A stretch of 64,000 nt of DNA from Mytilus edulis (taxonomy: Eukaryota), in contig NC_092352.1 of assembly GCF_963676685.1 (NCBI RefSeq), positions 6,076,001 through 6,140,000 on the forward strand, read 5' to 3'. Positions 35,239 to 49,046 of the stretch are shown one piece after another. The position numbers and the translations under genes were made by a program. Position 1 is the stretch's first letter; every line of letters starts with the position of its first letter. Under the pieces are notes generated by a model that was not told the DNA's origin, ran no database searches, and saw nothing but the letters and a program-made list of their open reading frames with translations.

Positions 35239-36071
35239 CAACTGAAGAACGGTAAAAGTGACTCTTCAAAGTTTGCATTAGATCTTTGTTTTGTGGTAAT
35301 ATTTATTGTGTATAAACCTTTTACTATTTGGTTGAGGCTCTAGTGAGAGAAGAAACAAAAATTCAGTAATTGTTCCATGGGTTAACAAACAACTCTAACT
35401 TTAGAAGTAACACCGCCACAATTCAAAGTTGATCAGTGTTATATGGTAATAAACATGAAAAAGTTTCACATCAATTGGTGGAGGCAAACTTGAACGGAAA
35501 CCAACTTTGGGACTTGGACGCCAGTAAAACTAAGTCTTACCAAAGAAATGGAAAAGTTTGAAAATCATGTAGAAAGTGGTTCCCCTACAAATATGTAAAG
35601 AAAAAATATCCCTCCCCCTATTTTTAAGTGATGGAAATGCTTTTTTTTGGTCCTGAAATGGTGAATGTTTGAAGCGATCGCAAAGAGACCTATTCGCCAA
35701 TCATACTAATTACTATTGAGCAATAGGAAGTTGGAAAAAAAAAAGTTCCTTTCAGTACCATGCTTTCAAATCTAATAGGTGCTGTTACAATAAAGTAGCC
35801 CCAATGCCAACTGCAGTGCTGACCCCATGATCTATTTTAAGCTGTGGTCGCAATGTTGATTTATGGACCCTTGTATAACCATTTTTACAAGACAAAGTCG
35901 GTAACAAAGTGGTGGCACAAACTCAACCTAAAAATCCTCAATTCATAAATGCCTTACTTTTTTTAACGGTATGCGACTTGCCCTTTAGATATTGTACGAC
36001 ACGGTAAAAAACAGCAATTCATCCAATCTAGGACTGGCAGCAGGCACATGCAGGTCTTTAAGCAACTGTAA

Positions 36072-37474
36072 AACCAGATGCTCTGCAGGGCGCAGCTTTA
36101 TACGACCGCAGAGGTTGGGGCAAGTATGGACAACATTCAAGCTGCGATTCAGCTCTAAATTTGGATTGTGATTAAATAGTTGACACAGCATAGGTTTCGG
36201 ACACAGAATGAATGTGGTCTTATGAACTTAAAAATTTTGTTTTGCCTTTGAGCAATCCACTATGCTGTTGAATATTAATCCTCTTAAAAAAATGTTTCAA
36301 GAAATTCTTTTTATTTATGAAATCTGAAATGAGAAAAATTGAACCCCCCCTCCCCAATTTTTTTTTCACATCCCCCTTTCCTTTATTCCAAAACCAATCT
36401 CAAATTTCTAATGGAGTTTGCAACAATAACTACTCATTTAAATACATCATAAAATATTAAAATGTAAAAAAAGTGCTTGTTATCACTGAATGGTAAAGAT
36501 TGTTTTAATTTATCAGTTGGTAGTAAAAGTGAATATACATTGTATATTGATTTAAATTGATTCAACTACTATTCTGGACAAAGAAAGACAACTCCAATTG
36601 AAAATACTTGCTATTGCACAATACTGTGCAATTAAAGATTTCTTGCTATTATGCACAATACTTGATATAATAATTTTGGTTTCTGATTTGGACCAACTTG
36701 AAAACTGGGCCCATAATCAAAAATCTAAGTACATGTTTAGATTCAGCATATCAAAGAACCCCAATTATTCAATTTTTGATGAAATCAAACAAAGTTTAAT
36801 TTTGGACCCCGATTTGGACCAACTTGAAAACTGGGCCAATAATAAAAAATCTAAGTACATTTTTAGATTTGGCTTATCAAAGAACCCCAAGGATTTTGAT
36901 TTTTGTCACAATCAAACTAAGTTTAATTTTGGACCCTTTGGACCTTAATGTAGACCAACTTGAAAATGGGACCAAAAATTAAGAATCTACATACACAATT
37001 AGATTCGGCATATCAAAGAACCCCAATTACTCAATTTTTTTTATATCAAAGAACCCCCAATTACTCAATTTTTTTTTATATCAAAGTTTAATTTTGGACC
37101 CTTTGGGCCCCTTATTCCTAAACTGTTGGGATCCAAAACTCCCAAAATTAATCCCTACCTTCCTTTTATGGTCATAATCCTTGTGTTTAAATTTCATAGA
37201 TTTCTATATACGTATACCAAAGTTATGGTGCAAAAACCAAGAAAAATGCTTATTTGGGCCCCTTTTTGGCCTCTAATTCCTTAACTGTTCGGACCTCAAC
37301 TCCCAAAATCAATACCAACCTTTCTTTTGTGGTCATAAACCTTGTGTTTAAATTTCATATATTTCTATTCACTTTTACTTAAGTTAGAGTGCAAAAACTA
37401 AAAGTATTCGGACGACGCCAACGTCATACCAATATATGACCAAAAATTTTTCAATTTTTGCGATCGTATAAAAA
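36072..37474 (-). mobile_element. HINE-like family A copy 3
   Basis: Same termini and internal arrays as 2126-4414, with fewer units. Confidence 0.85.
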
Positions 37475-37629
37475 TTACCACATTGCAAGACAAGGCGGCT
37501 GAAACTGCATTCCACATCATTGATCCTGCTGATTTGATGGAAGATAAGCTCATCAAAGCTGGCTGTGATATGATAAAACACAACACATCATAACCAGTTT
37601 GATGATCTCATCAACCTCAACTACTAAAA

Positions 37630-37830
37630 CTTTACTGGATACATCACAGTTGTGTTGGTAGACTTTCCTGGATACATCACAGCTGTGTTGGTAGAATTTT
37701 CTGGATACATCACAGCTGTATTGGTAGACTTTTCTGGATACATCACAGATGTGTTGGTAGAATTTTCTGGATACATCACAGCTGTATTGGTGGACTTTTC
37801 TGGATACATCACAGCTGTTTTGGTAAAACT
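37630..37830. repeat. 33-bp minisatellite, ~6 copies
   Basis: ctggatacatcacag recurs at 37635, 37668, 37701, 37734, 37767 and 37800. Confidence 0.9.
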
Positions 37831-38393
37831 ATTCTTAATAGATCATAGTTGGTTTGACTAATGGATACAGAGCACTTGGTTTAATGCACTTTCAAAATCA
37901 AACAACACCAAGTGCAAGAATAATTAGATGCTCAGACTCCTGATAAGATTCTCATGTTTTATAGGACAACTTGAAAAGTGAAACAATTGAGCAAACATTT
38001 CAATGAGTGATTTGGCCAACTAAATTTTTTTATACCTAGGTAAATCTCTAAGCTTTCTCTACTAGGATCTGAAAACACAACATTAAAAGGTATGAACCCA
38101 TCTGTCCAGAGGATCCTGGAATATCTTCAGGAAGTAGAATTGAACATTTCAGGTCCTTGAATAAAGCTAAGCTTGATCTGATTGATTTATATCTTACTAA
38201 AATACGTTAGAAATCAAATAAAAAGAAGTTTGAATTTTGCAGCAAATACCCCTTTTCGAGTCAACATGTCTACACCCCAACATCATGCTTACAATTTAAG
38301 TAGGTTTCAAACAAATGAAGACAAACAGTTTGACCTGTACATTTATATAATAATTTATGCAAAATTTCATTCATATGTGTTTGTAATTGTTTT

Positions 38394-38473
38394 CTAATTT
38401 TCATCCTGTTCTTCAATTTTTGGTGCCAGGTAATATTTGAGAAAGCCCATGTCTGCTATCTTGTACTCGACAA
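38394..38473 (-). CDS. PCNA: PCNA coding exon 6 (80 nt, stop TAG)
   Basis: VVEYKIADMGFLKYYLAPKIEEQDEN*; AG acceptor at 38474-38475. Confidence 0.95.
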
Positions 38474-38826
38474 CTGAAAAATAAAGTACAATTATTATAT
38501 TAAGTATTTCATGAAGATGAATGAATTTATGAATTGTAAAATTAAATATAGATGGCAAAAATGCTGATCCGATATTTTTTTTCTTTTTTTTCTTTCTATT
38601 ACACTGTAAAAACAAACTATTTTCAAAAACACTGCTTTTTAAATGTGTTCTAGACAGATCAAGACTAAACCATACATCCATAAATACCATTTCAAAAAAG
38701 TCTGTACCAAACTGTTTAAGGGTTTGTCTCACCTAAACAGAATTTTAAACTCTTCTATATATTCAACCAAAATATCTTAAAATTTCTCTTCGTCCGAATG
38801 TTTTTTGTCTGACATTTTGTCGGTCA

Positions 38827-39060
<234 letters not shown>

Positions 39061-39538
39061 TCATTTAATTATTATTAACAAAGTTGACCAACAAAATCAT
39101 GTGGGATTTTTCCATGGAAAATTACTGAAAGACGTCACGGCCAAAATATGTCAGAACTTCAGAACAAACTCAAAATATACTGTGGATTTGTTATTGTTTG
39201 GATACCAATTTTAGTCGGCAAGGGTATCCCATAAATTCTAATGTTCATTTGAAACATTTATGCAACCCACATATTCAAACCTTGGTTTAATTAAATGTAT
39301 GTGAATAGTTGGGTTTTTTTTTTGGTGTAAATCACAGCATTTCTTAACTATTTCTGTCATGATTCAAAACCTTAAATTTCTGTCCTATTCTTCTATAATT
39401 TTTAATTGGATATAGGAAGATGTGGTATACGTCCCAATGAGACATCTCTCCATCCAAATAACAATTTATAAAACGCATGTTTTTACTTTTATCAGTGAAC
39501 CGATACCTAAATTCTTATAAATGTACATTGTATCTTCA

Positions 39539-39760
<222 letters not shown>

Positions 39761-40077
39761 CTAAAATAATTACATACATTGCTTAAAAAGACACATTGAA
39801 AATCCTTGCCATTAACATTCTGCATTTGAATGATGCTGTTACCAAGTTATTAACAAAATTGATGATCAGTCGATTTATTACCCTGTAGATATAATTCATA
39901 AACATAACAGAAGTACTATTTAGAACATGACATTTTGGTGGTTTTCAATGGTTAACATCATGCAAGATTTTCATACGTTACATGTAAATCTTCCAAATAA
40001 TTTTTTCAATCAGTCCAGGTCTGGTCTTGTATAAATAAAATACTTTCTTCCATTTCCTCGGTTATTAAAATACTTAC

Positions 40078-40145
40078 TGGAATTCCTAACTGTTCAGCAT
40101 CAATGTCCAACAGTTTCATTTCATAATCAGAAACTTTTTCATTAT
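40078..40145 (-). CDS. PCNA: PCNA coding exon 3 (68 nt)
   Basis: NEKVSDYEMKLLDIDAEQLGIP; GT-AG. Confidence 0.95.
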
Positions 40146-40484
40146 CTAAAATTAGAACAGTAAAGCCATTAGGAATACTGCATATTACAAAAATAAATAA
40201 ATTAAGCATGTATAATAATACAAGAAAGAAGATGTGGTATGATTGCCAACGAGACCAAAAAGACACAGAAATAAACTACAGATCACTGTACGGCCTTCAA
40301 CAATGAACAAAGCCCATACTGCATAGTCTGCTATAAAAGGGCCCGAAATGACCATGTAAAACAATTCAAATGAGAAAACTAACGACCTTATTTATATAAA
40401 AACAATTTTATTTTCAACATTCTAAATTTGAGTTATCTTCCTTTTTCCGGAACAATTGTTTAATATTTAAAGCTGTCATGATCA

Positions 40485-40673
<189 letters not shown>

Positions 40674-41431
40674 TTACAAATAATCCTTGTTTTAATAAAA
40701 AGTTTAAAGACAAACACTTAAAAGATCTCTATTTATGTTGGTGCCTTCAATCTTCTTTACAAATGAAAACAAATGTTCAGAAGAAGTATATATAAAAGTG
40801 GTTGATAGAATGTGGTCTAAATTAAAGTACATGTAGATAAAAACAATATCTACCCCTCATCTCAGTTGTGTGGCAGTGCCAAATAATCTTATTAAAATAG
40901 ATAATAAAATTGCTTTGCTTCAATATATTGTATACAGGTGTGTTTATAATTAGATAATTGTAAAGACGGAGTCTCCTAATTATCCAATTATGAATTAAAG
41001 GCCCCTGATGGGACATAATGAAATCAATACACACAACACTCTCCTTAGTCCCATTGGCATTGTCCTAATATTTTCCAGTTCATCAATTTTTCGGATTTAT
41101 ACTACTTTTTTCGCTTTAAATTTTAATATATATGGGAATTCTCAAAATTCAATTTCCCCTTAACAAGTTTTTTTTAATAGATTTCAATAAACATTACAAT
41201 AAAAGAGTAATAAAAAAATTATTTCTAAGGTTACAAAAGATAAATAAATTAAATAGCTTTTCAATTTTGTTTTTAATACATGGCCTTAGTGGTATGTGAC
41301 GAAAACGACAAGGGCCAAGCGGTGGCGTTAAAATAAAATTGCCTTTAAAGACGTTTAAATCATTATGGTCCGCAAATAGTCAAGAAATATAAGAATCTTT
41401 AAGAGCTTCGGGACCAACTCTTACTATATGA

Positions 41432-41523
41432 TAGTCCAAATAATTATGACGTCTTGAACGAAGTAAGGCGTCAATTTCCAAAAATTATAATAGCCTTTCA
41501 AGACGTCATAATTATTTGGACTA
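41432..41523. mobile_element. 92-bp MITE in PCNA intron 1 (TAG..CTA ends, 9-bp TSD; AcademH-like)
   Basis: 27-bp perfect TIR TAGTCCAAATAATTATGACGTCTTGAA; TSD ACTATATGA at 41423-41431 and 41524-41532. Confidence 0.8.
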
Positions 41524-41690
41524 ACTATATGAAATTGTCATAGATTCCTTTTTGCATTGTAAAGATAAAACCTTCCTAATTATATAATTTACAAACCTTT
41601 AATTATAATTTTTTAGCATCTTCTACTACATTTCAAATGAAACATAAAATTTTAACATTGCAAAAGAAATATAATTTTAGACGATACTTA

Positions 41691-41969
<279 letters not shown>

Positions 41970-42084
41970 TTATCACAAAGAATAAATAATTGTGTACAAA
42001 AAACACTGTCTCTTTGTTGCCAATACTACTCGGATACTTGTATTTCACCTCCTTTCACATCAAGCTCGTCAGCATTATTGAGTA

Positions 42085-42160
42085 ACTCGCGCTAAAATAG
42101 CAAATGGCGGGAACCTGATTTTGCTTCGATTTTATTGGATCATCGGATATCGCGAGAACT
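42085..42160. promoter_or_regulatory. PCNA promoter with E2F-like sites and CCAAT box
   Basis: CGCGCTAAA 42088-42096, GGCGGGAA 42106-42113, ATTGG 42134-42138, TCGCGAGAA 42150-42158; local CpG enrichment ~200 bp upstream of the ATG. PCNA is a canonical E2F target. Confidence 0.65.
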
Positions 42161-43086
42161 GCAAAAAATGGATCTTAAGAACGCTTTTGAAGACGCAATA
42201 ATTAAACTACCTTTGTAGTTGCAAATGGACACAGATTAATCAAAACATTGCTCTGGGCAAAGAACGAAATTTGAGAATGCCTGCGAAGTTCTGAAGGAGC
42301 TACTGACTGAAAGTAAGGCTGCAATATTTGTGTGCAAACTTCTTCTGTTTAAAAACTGTCTTTCAAATCATACAAGATTCAAGATGGAATTATATACACA
42401 AATAATTTGATACTATACATGTAGTACGATAAAAATTATGTCGACGTAATAAATATTTTTACTATACAAATCCTTGATAAATATATATACTTGAACTTTT
42501 GTTACATTTATGCTAACATTTATGTTTGTTTCTCTGCATTATACAATGCATATGAGGTGAGGTTTTTAGAGATCTTAAGCACACAAATGATCCAAGAGCA
42601 CTAGTACCTTTTCAGGATTTTGCAGCTAAACAATAACAAATTTTATGTTGGGAAGGACCAACACAATTTTGGTAAATAGAATTAAGATATGTGGATACAT
42701 TTCCAGTTAAAAATAGTAATTTGAGGCAGGCATTACCTGTGAAAGAGGACGACGTCTATATGAATTATTAGTTTTTAATACAAACATATTTTAACTTCAA
42801 AATCTGTTAATAAAAGAAACAGAAATTTAGCCTTTCTACCAGCCACTAGGTTTCGAGGACAATAACTCTAATACATTTCCTATATTTTTATAGGAAGTTG
42901 AAATGAGCAATGCAATCACAACTTATTTTCAATAGCCACAGACCATTATCTTGAATGGACCGTCATTCTTTGCTTATTTCCACCTTTGATTCTGTTGTTA
43001 GCATCTATTTGTTACAATCAGTCTCACTAATTAGCGACAAGAAGCGACAAGAAAACATTTTTTTTATTAAAATAACTTATTTTAAA

Positions 43087-43860
43087 CAGTCAGGGGACTT
43101 ACTGAAATAGGTGATTTTTAAATCACTTATTTGAGTAGCAAAATCGTGGTTTTGTCACAAATTGGAATTTTGTATTTTTTTCCAAATTTTAAACACATAG
43201 GTTTAAATAATATCTTTTAATTAGTAAAATTAAAAAAAAAAAAACTTTTTGCTTCTTTTAAGTAGAAAGGTTTCTGCCTTTGATGCTATCATTTAGCTGA
43301 AAATTCTATTTTAGTTGAAAAAATGCTATAATAATGGCTTTACATAATGAACTGATACTTTCTTAAAAGATTTTTCCCAGCAGTGGGAGTATTTTTCCTG
43401 TGAAGTTCAAGGTTTCATCTTTCAGATTATGTAATAAAATTCTACTGTTCGCGATAAAAATCTCACTGTTCGGGGGTGTTGAAATTAATAAGGATTATTA
43501 AAAGAATGGTACTTAAAGAAGTGATTTTTGGGAAGGAAATTGAGGTCTGATACTTAAACAAGTGATTTTTATGTCATTATCCTAGATTCAGTACAAGGTC
43601 CTCACCTGAAATGACCTGGTCATCCTAGACAACACAGATGTTGGTTCTGATAAGTTTAGAAACATAATTAGTCCCTGGATCATTAGTATTCTATATTTAA
43701 AGCTACAATAAAATTAAATCACTTCTTCTAGTGATTAATTTGTACTACTTAAATAGGTGATTATTAAAGAAAGACAACTCTTACTTCCAACCTTTATGGA
43801 AATAATGTTACTTAAATCAGTGATTTAGAAAATCACTTATTTAAGTAAGTCCCCTGACTG
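43087..43860. mobile_element. Nested non-autonomous TIR element, apparent 5-bp TSD
   Basis: ~55-bp imperfect TIR starting CAGTCAGGGGACTTACT; TTAAA on both sides (43082-43086, 43861-43865). Confidence 0.8.
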
Positions 43861-44184
43861 TTAAATAAATATTAAAAGAAAATGCAAAAGAATACAATTT
43901 TAACGACAAGAAAGTTAATATTGAAAAAAAAATGAAACATAGATCTAATTCAGTTGCTAAATTTATTTACATGATATTTTATTATGTATAATGGCAAGTA
44001 TTAAGTTAACTTGTCGTATTATGATATTACTTTTTCTTGTGTTTTAGAACAATAGTATATTTATCTTATAATTTGTTTTTAAAACTATCTTTGTAGGCCT
44101 ACAATATATAATAAACTTGCAAAATGCATTATTTGTGCATCATTGTCCAGAAAATACATACACCAATTGTGAAATACAAAGAAC

Positions 44185-44991
44185 GAATTCATGACAAATC
44201 ACCCCACTGGCAAATCGCCCCACTTTCTTAAAAATTGCCCCACTCTTGTTTATGAAAAAGGCTAAAATCCCATTGCAAATAGGTTGAATAACATACCCCA
44301 ATTAAGAAAAGCTAGGGTTAAAATCCCACTGACATAAGCCAAGGTCTGCCAACTCGCCCACTCTTGACAAATAGACAAACCACAATGATTTTATTAGTGC
44401 CGACTCGACCCACTTATGAAAAAAAGATGCAATCCCTTTGTATATATCTATGTCCCTGTCCCACTTCAATACCCATGGCCATGAAAACCTTAGTGAAATG
44501 CTATAAATCAAATTGCTGTTAATTGAAATTCTTCAATTGTATGATTATGATTGAATTAACAGGTTTATTTTCAATTGTTATACAAATATAAACTAAGCTT
44601 ACAAGTATAAAGTTATTCTCCAATAATGATACGAAATGTGTTTGCAATTATATTCTAAGAATTTTAAACATCAGATTCATTTAATTTGAAAAATAAAGGT
44701 TTAATAATTTTTTTTTGGGGGGTATTCTTTGACAGTGTAGATTAGTTTTCATTTGAGTGGGGCTAGTTGGTAGACCTGAAAATTATATATTGAAGTAGAT
44801 TTTATCTGTTTTTAATAAGTGGGGCGAGTTGACATGCAGGTGAAAAATTAATGGGATTTAACCCTTTTCACAAGTGGGGCGAGTTGGTAAACCAGTTTGG
44901 GGCGATTTTTTTAAAAGTGGGGCGAGTTAGTGAAAAAGTGGAGCGATTTCGTGTAGGGCGTTTTGCCAGTGGGGCGATTTGTCCTGCTTCC
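44185..44991. mobile_element. Nested non-autonomous TIR element with cgccccact subterminal repeats, 8-bp TSD
   Basis: gacaaatcaccccactggcaaa / tttgccagtggggcgatttgtc; TSD CAAAGAAC at 44177-44184 and 44992-44999. Confidence 0.8.
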
Positions 44992-46887
44992 CAAAGAACT
45001 GAAATCAAACAAGAGGAAAACATAATTAAAATGTGAATATTTTTCATCATTTTATTTAGTGTATTGCCTCATTTAACGATATTTATCATGTTTATGCATA
45101 TTGATTGAAGATTAAAGGAAATCAATGACAATCTTGAGTTTTCAACAGGTGTTCACTATTTACTATGATTGTATATTCTGGCGCGTGTAATTGTATAGTC
45201 TGACGCGTGTACAAAGTTGAAGGTGTTAATTAGATGTTATTGTAGCAATAAAACAAGAGACATGCTCCTCGTTAATCTCATTTGATGTTCTTCATTGTGT
45301 ATTACCTTAGGATGAAACCATAGCTAACGTTGGTCCTATCAGGAAACATGAATTGTACAGTTAGAAAGGAAATAATATTTCATGTTTTTGTTTCAATAAA
45401 TCCTTCAAAGGAAAGGTGAAAAATCTTTGTTTTTATTATCATTTTATAGCGTGTGCATTTCCTTTGCTCTTACAAATGTTTAATTTCTTCATCTATCAAT
45501 ACAAAATGTATAATAATAAAAACTACACAATCCCTTCCTCACAAATGTTTAATTTCTTCATCTATCAATATAATAATAAAAATTATCAATTTATTTCTGC
45601 CCGTATATTAAAAAAGACTAAATATATATTTTTTTATATTTAATAAAAAAAAATGTTTTCTTGTCGCTACATGTACATAGCTTCTTGTCGCTAAGATTAT
45701 TCTTCTTGTCGATTCTTGACGATTCTTGTCGTTTCTTGTCGCTAATTAGTGAGACCCGTTACAATAGATACAGTCATTGTATTGAACATAATCATTCCTT
45801 TTTGTCCCATAATTTATAGATAATGCATAATGATGCATGTTGACGGAATATGAAAGTGTATATGTAGTTGTCTCCCTTACTAATCAGTTTCAGAATGTTC
45901 ATTATTATTTACCTTGTTTAAAACTGTAAATTTCATGTTTCTTTATTCAATGATTTACATGATGCTTATTCAGTACATATTTGTAAAATTGAATAGATAT
46001 TAGTATTTTGAATTCATTGAATAAGGATATTTATTTATATTTTAAAGTTTGGTATTTGCATTGATGCAAATCATTTATAACCTCCTTTGACAGACTTAGG
46101 CCTATACATGTTACAATGTATATGACTGGTTTGGTTTAATTACAATGGATTGTCTGAGGTCTCAAGTGTATAGTCCAACCAATGAAAGCTGTGATGAATG
46201 CAATTTTTTCTTTAATTAATTGGTTTTCAAGTGCTTAGGTATGAGAAAAAAAAAACCATTTCTTTTATTTATTTTTAATTGAAATAAGAAAATAGTTGGC
46301 CCCCTAAAAATAAGAAAGAAGAAACATCCCCCCCCCCCCCCCACCATTTTATTTTTTAATCTGAAATTTCAAAATATATCAATTCACCAAACAAATTTGA
46401 CGAGACAGATTTTTTGCGGTGGTATAAAACATTACGAGAAAATGATTTCGGTCTTTGCTTGATGATTGATGAAACAGACTACATGTATGTTCCCCTTGTA
46501 TTCATTTGTTGTTTATAAACAAATAATTGAAATACTGTTTTCTCAGGCGTGCAAGAGCATACATTGTACAATGAAATGACTATTATTTCCTATAAAATTC
46601 ATGAAACAATAATTTCAAACATATAAATAAAGGTGCCCTGGTACACAGAATGTTCAGAAAATGTAATAGAGGTATTGGTTGAATACAATCTTTTTTTATA
46701 GCAAATTTGAGTGATTAGGTGTGGATTTATAATCAAAATTATTGTATTTGATGAGCTTCTTTAAAACAATAATTAAGACTTAGTCCATGCTTCGTATTTC
46801 AATCTTTCTTAATTTATTTTCTTTCATTTAAGGTTATATATCATGTATGTAGTACTAACTTTTTCATACTTTATGCTGTTTCAGAAA

Positions 46888-47198
46888 ATGTACAGATCGA
46901 CAGGAATAACTGTGAAAGGCTTGGTGAATTTAACCCAAAGAAAAACTATCAATGTTGTATTCAATACAAAGACTTCATCCTTTAGATTTATTCACCCGTA
47001 CCTAAATAATAACAATCATTTGACATGGAGGATTCAGCCTTCCTGCTGTGTACACTCTGAGGCTGTAAGACCGGAGAAAGCTGAAAAACCAGCTGGTTAT
47101 TCTGACTTTGGTCATAAAAAAACAAGGTCATGGTCAAAATTAAAGTGGTTCACCCATATAATGTGTGCAGGATCAATGTGTTTTGTGTTATTTGGAGG
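46888..47198 (+). CDS. MICU1: MICU1 first coding exon (mitochondrial-targeting-like N-terminus)
   Basis: Acceptor tttcag ends at 46884, ATG 46888, basic/hydroxylated N-terminus then a hydrophobic stretch; donor at 47199 is phase 2 and fits the next exon. Confidence 0.75.
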
Positions 47199-47549
47199 GT
47201 AAATATTCAATAGAAAAACTATTAAGATTTCTTGTCAATGTTTATTAATAGGACTTATAAGATTACCAGGTTTCACTACTCAATCCATGAAAATGGAAAA
47301 AGGAATATGCATGCATATCATTACTTGAATATAAACAATGAATGGTATTTTTCATTATTATTTTAGATTTGTAATAATATCCTATTTTTGAAATCTATTA
47401 TTGGTACTACAATATATGTGTAGGTCTGAATACAGAGAAGACCAAAAAATTCAGTACAGAATGCTATTTTGATAAATAGTCAGATTTTTCCTTTTATCTA
47501 GGAATAAACATTCTATTGCTCCATGTATAAAGCTATAAGATTTTTTCAG

Positions 47550-47676
47550 ACCAACTATTTTAGAAGAATGGTTGAAAGTTGAAGCCTCATCAAAAGAAGT
47601 TGATAAAGGTGATTCTGATGAAGTAGAGGAAGGCAAACGCAAGAAGACACAGAAAATTGGTTTTAGAGATAGAAGG
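47550..47676 (+). CDS. MICU1: MICU1 coding exon 2
   Basis: PTILEEWLKVEA..EEGKRKKTQKIGFRDRR (polybasic region and GFRDR motif); AG/GT. Confidence 0.9.
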
Positions 47677-47809
47677 GTAAACTGACCAACGCATTCTTAA
47701 CTTTCTCATCCCCATTAATCTGTAGATCTCACACAGATTTGTTTTTTTTCTCTTTATAAGGATACATACTGCATCCAGGTTCATATTGATTTTATATCTA
47801 TTACCATGA

Positions 47810-48085
47810 CATAAAATTGAGAATGGAAATGGGGAATATGTCAAAAAGACAACAACCCGACCATAGAAGAACAGAAAACAGCAAAAGGTCACCAACAGGT
47901 CTTCAATGCAGCAAAAAATTCCTGCACCCGGAGGCTTCCTTCAGCTGGCCCCTAAACAAATACATATACTAGTTCAGTGATAATGAACGCCATACTAAAC
48001 TCCAAATTGTACACAAGAAACTAAAATTAAAAATCATACAAGACTAACAAAGGCCAGAGGCTCCTGACTTGGGACAGGCGCAACA
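47810..48085. repeat. Interspersed repeat in a MICU1 intron
   Basis: ataaaattgagaatggaaatggggaat..aaaggccagaggctcctgacttgggacaggcg resembles a common mussel repeat from memory; single copy in this window. Confidence 0.45.
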
Positions 48086-48358
48086 ATGCAAACATACATA
48101 TTTTAAAGGTCAGTTCAAAGCCAATAGGACTGTTAATCTGTTGGTGGAGACAATGTTAACTATTTGTAAAAAGCTTCAAATTTGAAAAGGTAAAAGACCT
48201 GAATGCTTCATACTTCATACATTTGTATACAGATGCAGTATGCTTCATATTTCCCATCTTCATATTTCCCATCTTCATATTTCCTATCTTCATATTTTCA
48301 CTTATAAATTGAAGAATGAATAAATTTAGTTTATTGAATGACTGTACTATAATTGCAG

Positions 48359-48518
48359 GTTATTGAATATGAAAATCGTATCCGGGCATACTCTACTCCA
48401 GACAAAATTTTTCGTTACTTTGCTACACTGAAGGTACATCATAATGGAGCATCAGATGTATATATGACACCAGAAGACTTTGTTAGATCTATTACTCCAG
48501 GAATGAAACAACCAGAAG
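48359..48518 (+). CDS. MICU1: MICU1 coding exon 3
   Basis: [39 protein letters not shown], a hallmark MICU1 sequence. Confidence 0.97.
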
Positions 48519-49008
48519 GTAGGTAGCAATTATTGTAAAAGTTAAAAATCTTATTTTACGTAATTTGTTCATTTGTGTAAATTCTGAAATTTTTGCTTTC
48601 ATTTATAATTGTAATTGTTGAATAATAGAGACTAATTATTGTGATTTCAAAGAATGCAGTATACTTATACATTTTGTAGTGCAAAATTGTAAGGATTTTT
48701 TAGCAAATCTCATCACAATTTCGCAGTTATAAAATTATCTCTGTAATTTCTTATAAGAACCAGATGGTTGGTTCTAATACAGTCGAACACAAATGCAAGT
48801 GGATAATTAGGTCTGGCTTATTTCAGTTTCAATAAAATGTGGTGTATAGGCCAATATAACACAAAATAATAAAAATAATAAATATAAAAGACATACAGTA
48901 GAACAAAAAGACAGTTTTCAACAATAAACAAATTTCAATACAATTTTAAAAAAACTTTTAATGTCACCATGTCTCCATCCTGTAAAGTTGATATTGTTTT
49001 TATTTTAG

Positions 49009-49046
49009 GTTTAGGCTTAGATCAGTTTATGAAGTATGATCCACAG
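49009..49046 (+). CDS. MICU1: MICU1 coding exon 4 (38 nt)
   Basis: GLGLDQFMKYDPQ; ends in phase 0 with donor GTAAAT. Confidence 0.92.

Larger units (their letters stand above)
43019..45757. mobile_element. Non-autonomous TIR element (outer), 8-bp TSD
   Basis: TIR gtctcactaattagcgacaagaa.. / ..ttcttgtcgctaattagtgagac; TSD GTTACAAT at 43011-43018 and 45758-45765. Confidence 0.8.

Noticed and set aside
35600-37600. Possible decayed coding sequence interrupted by HINE copy 3 (SDGNAFF.., SNLGLAAGTCRSLSNC..)
   Set aside because: Many stops, ambiguous frame at the junction, no identifiable domain.
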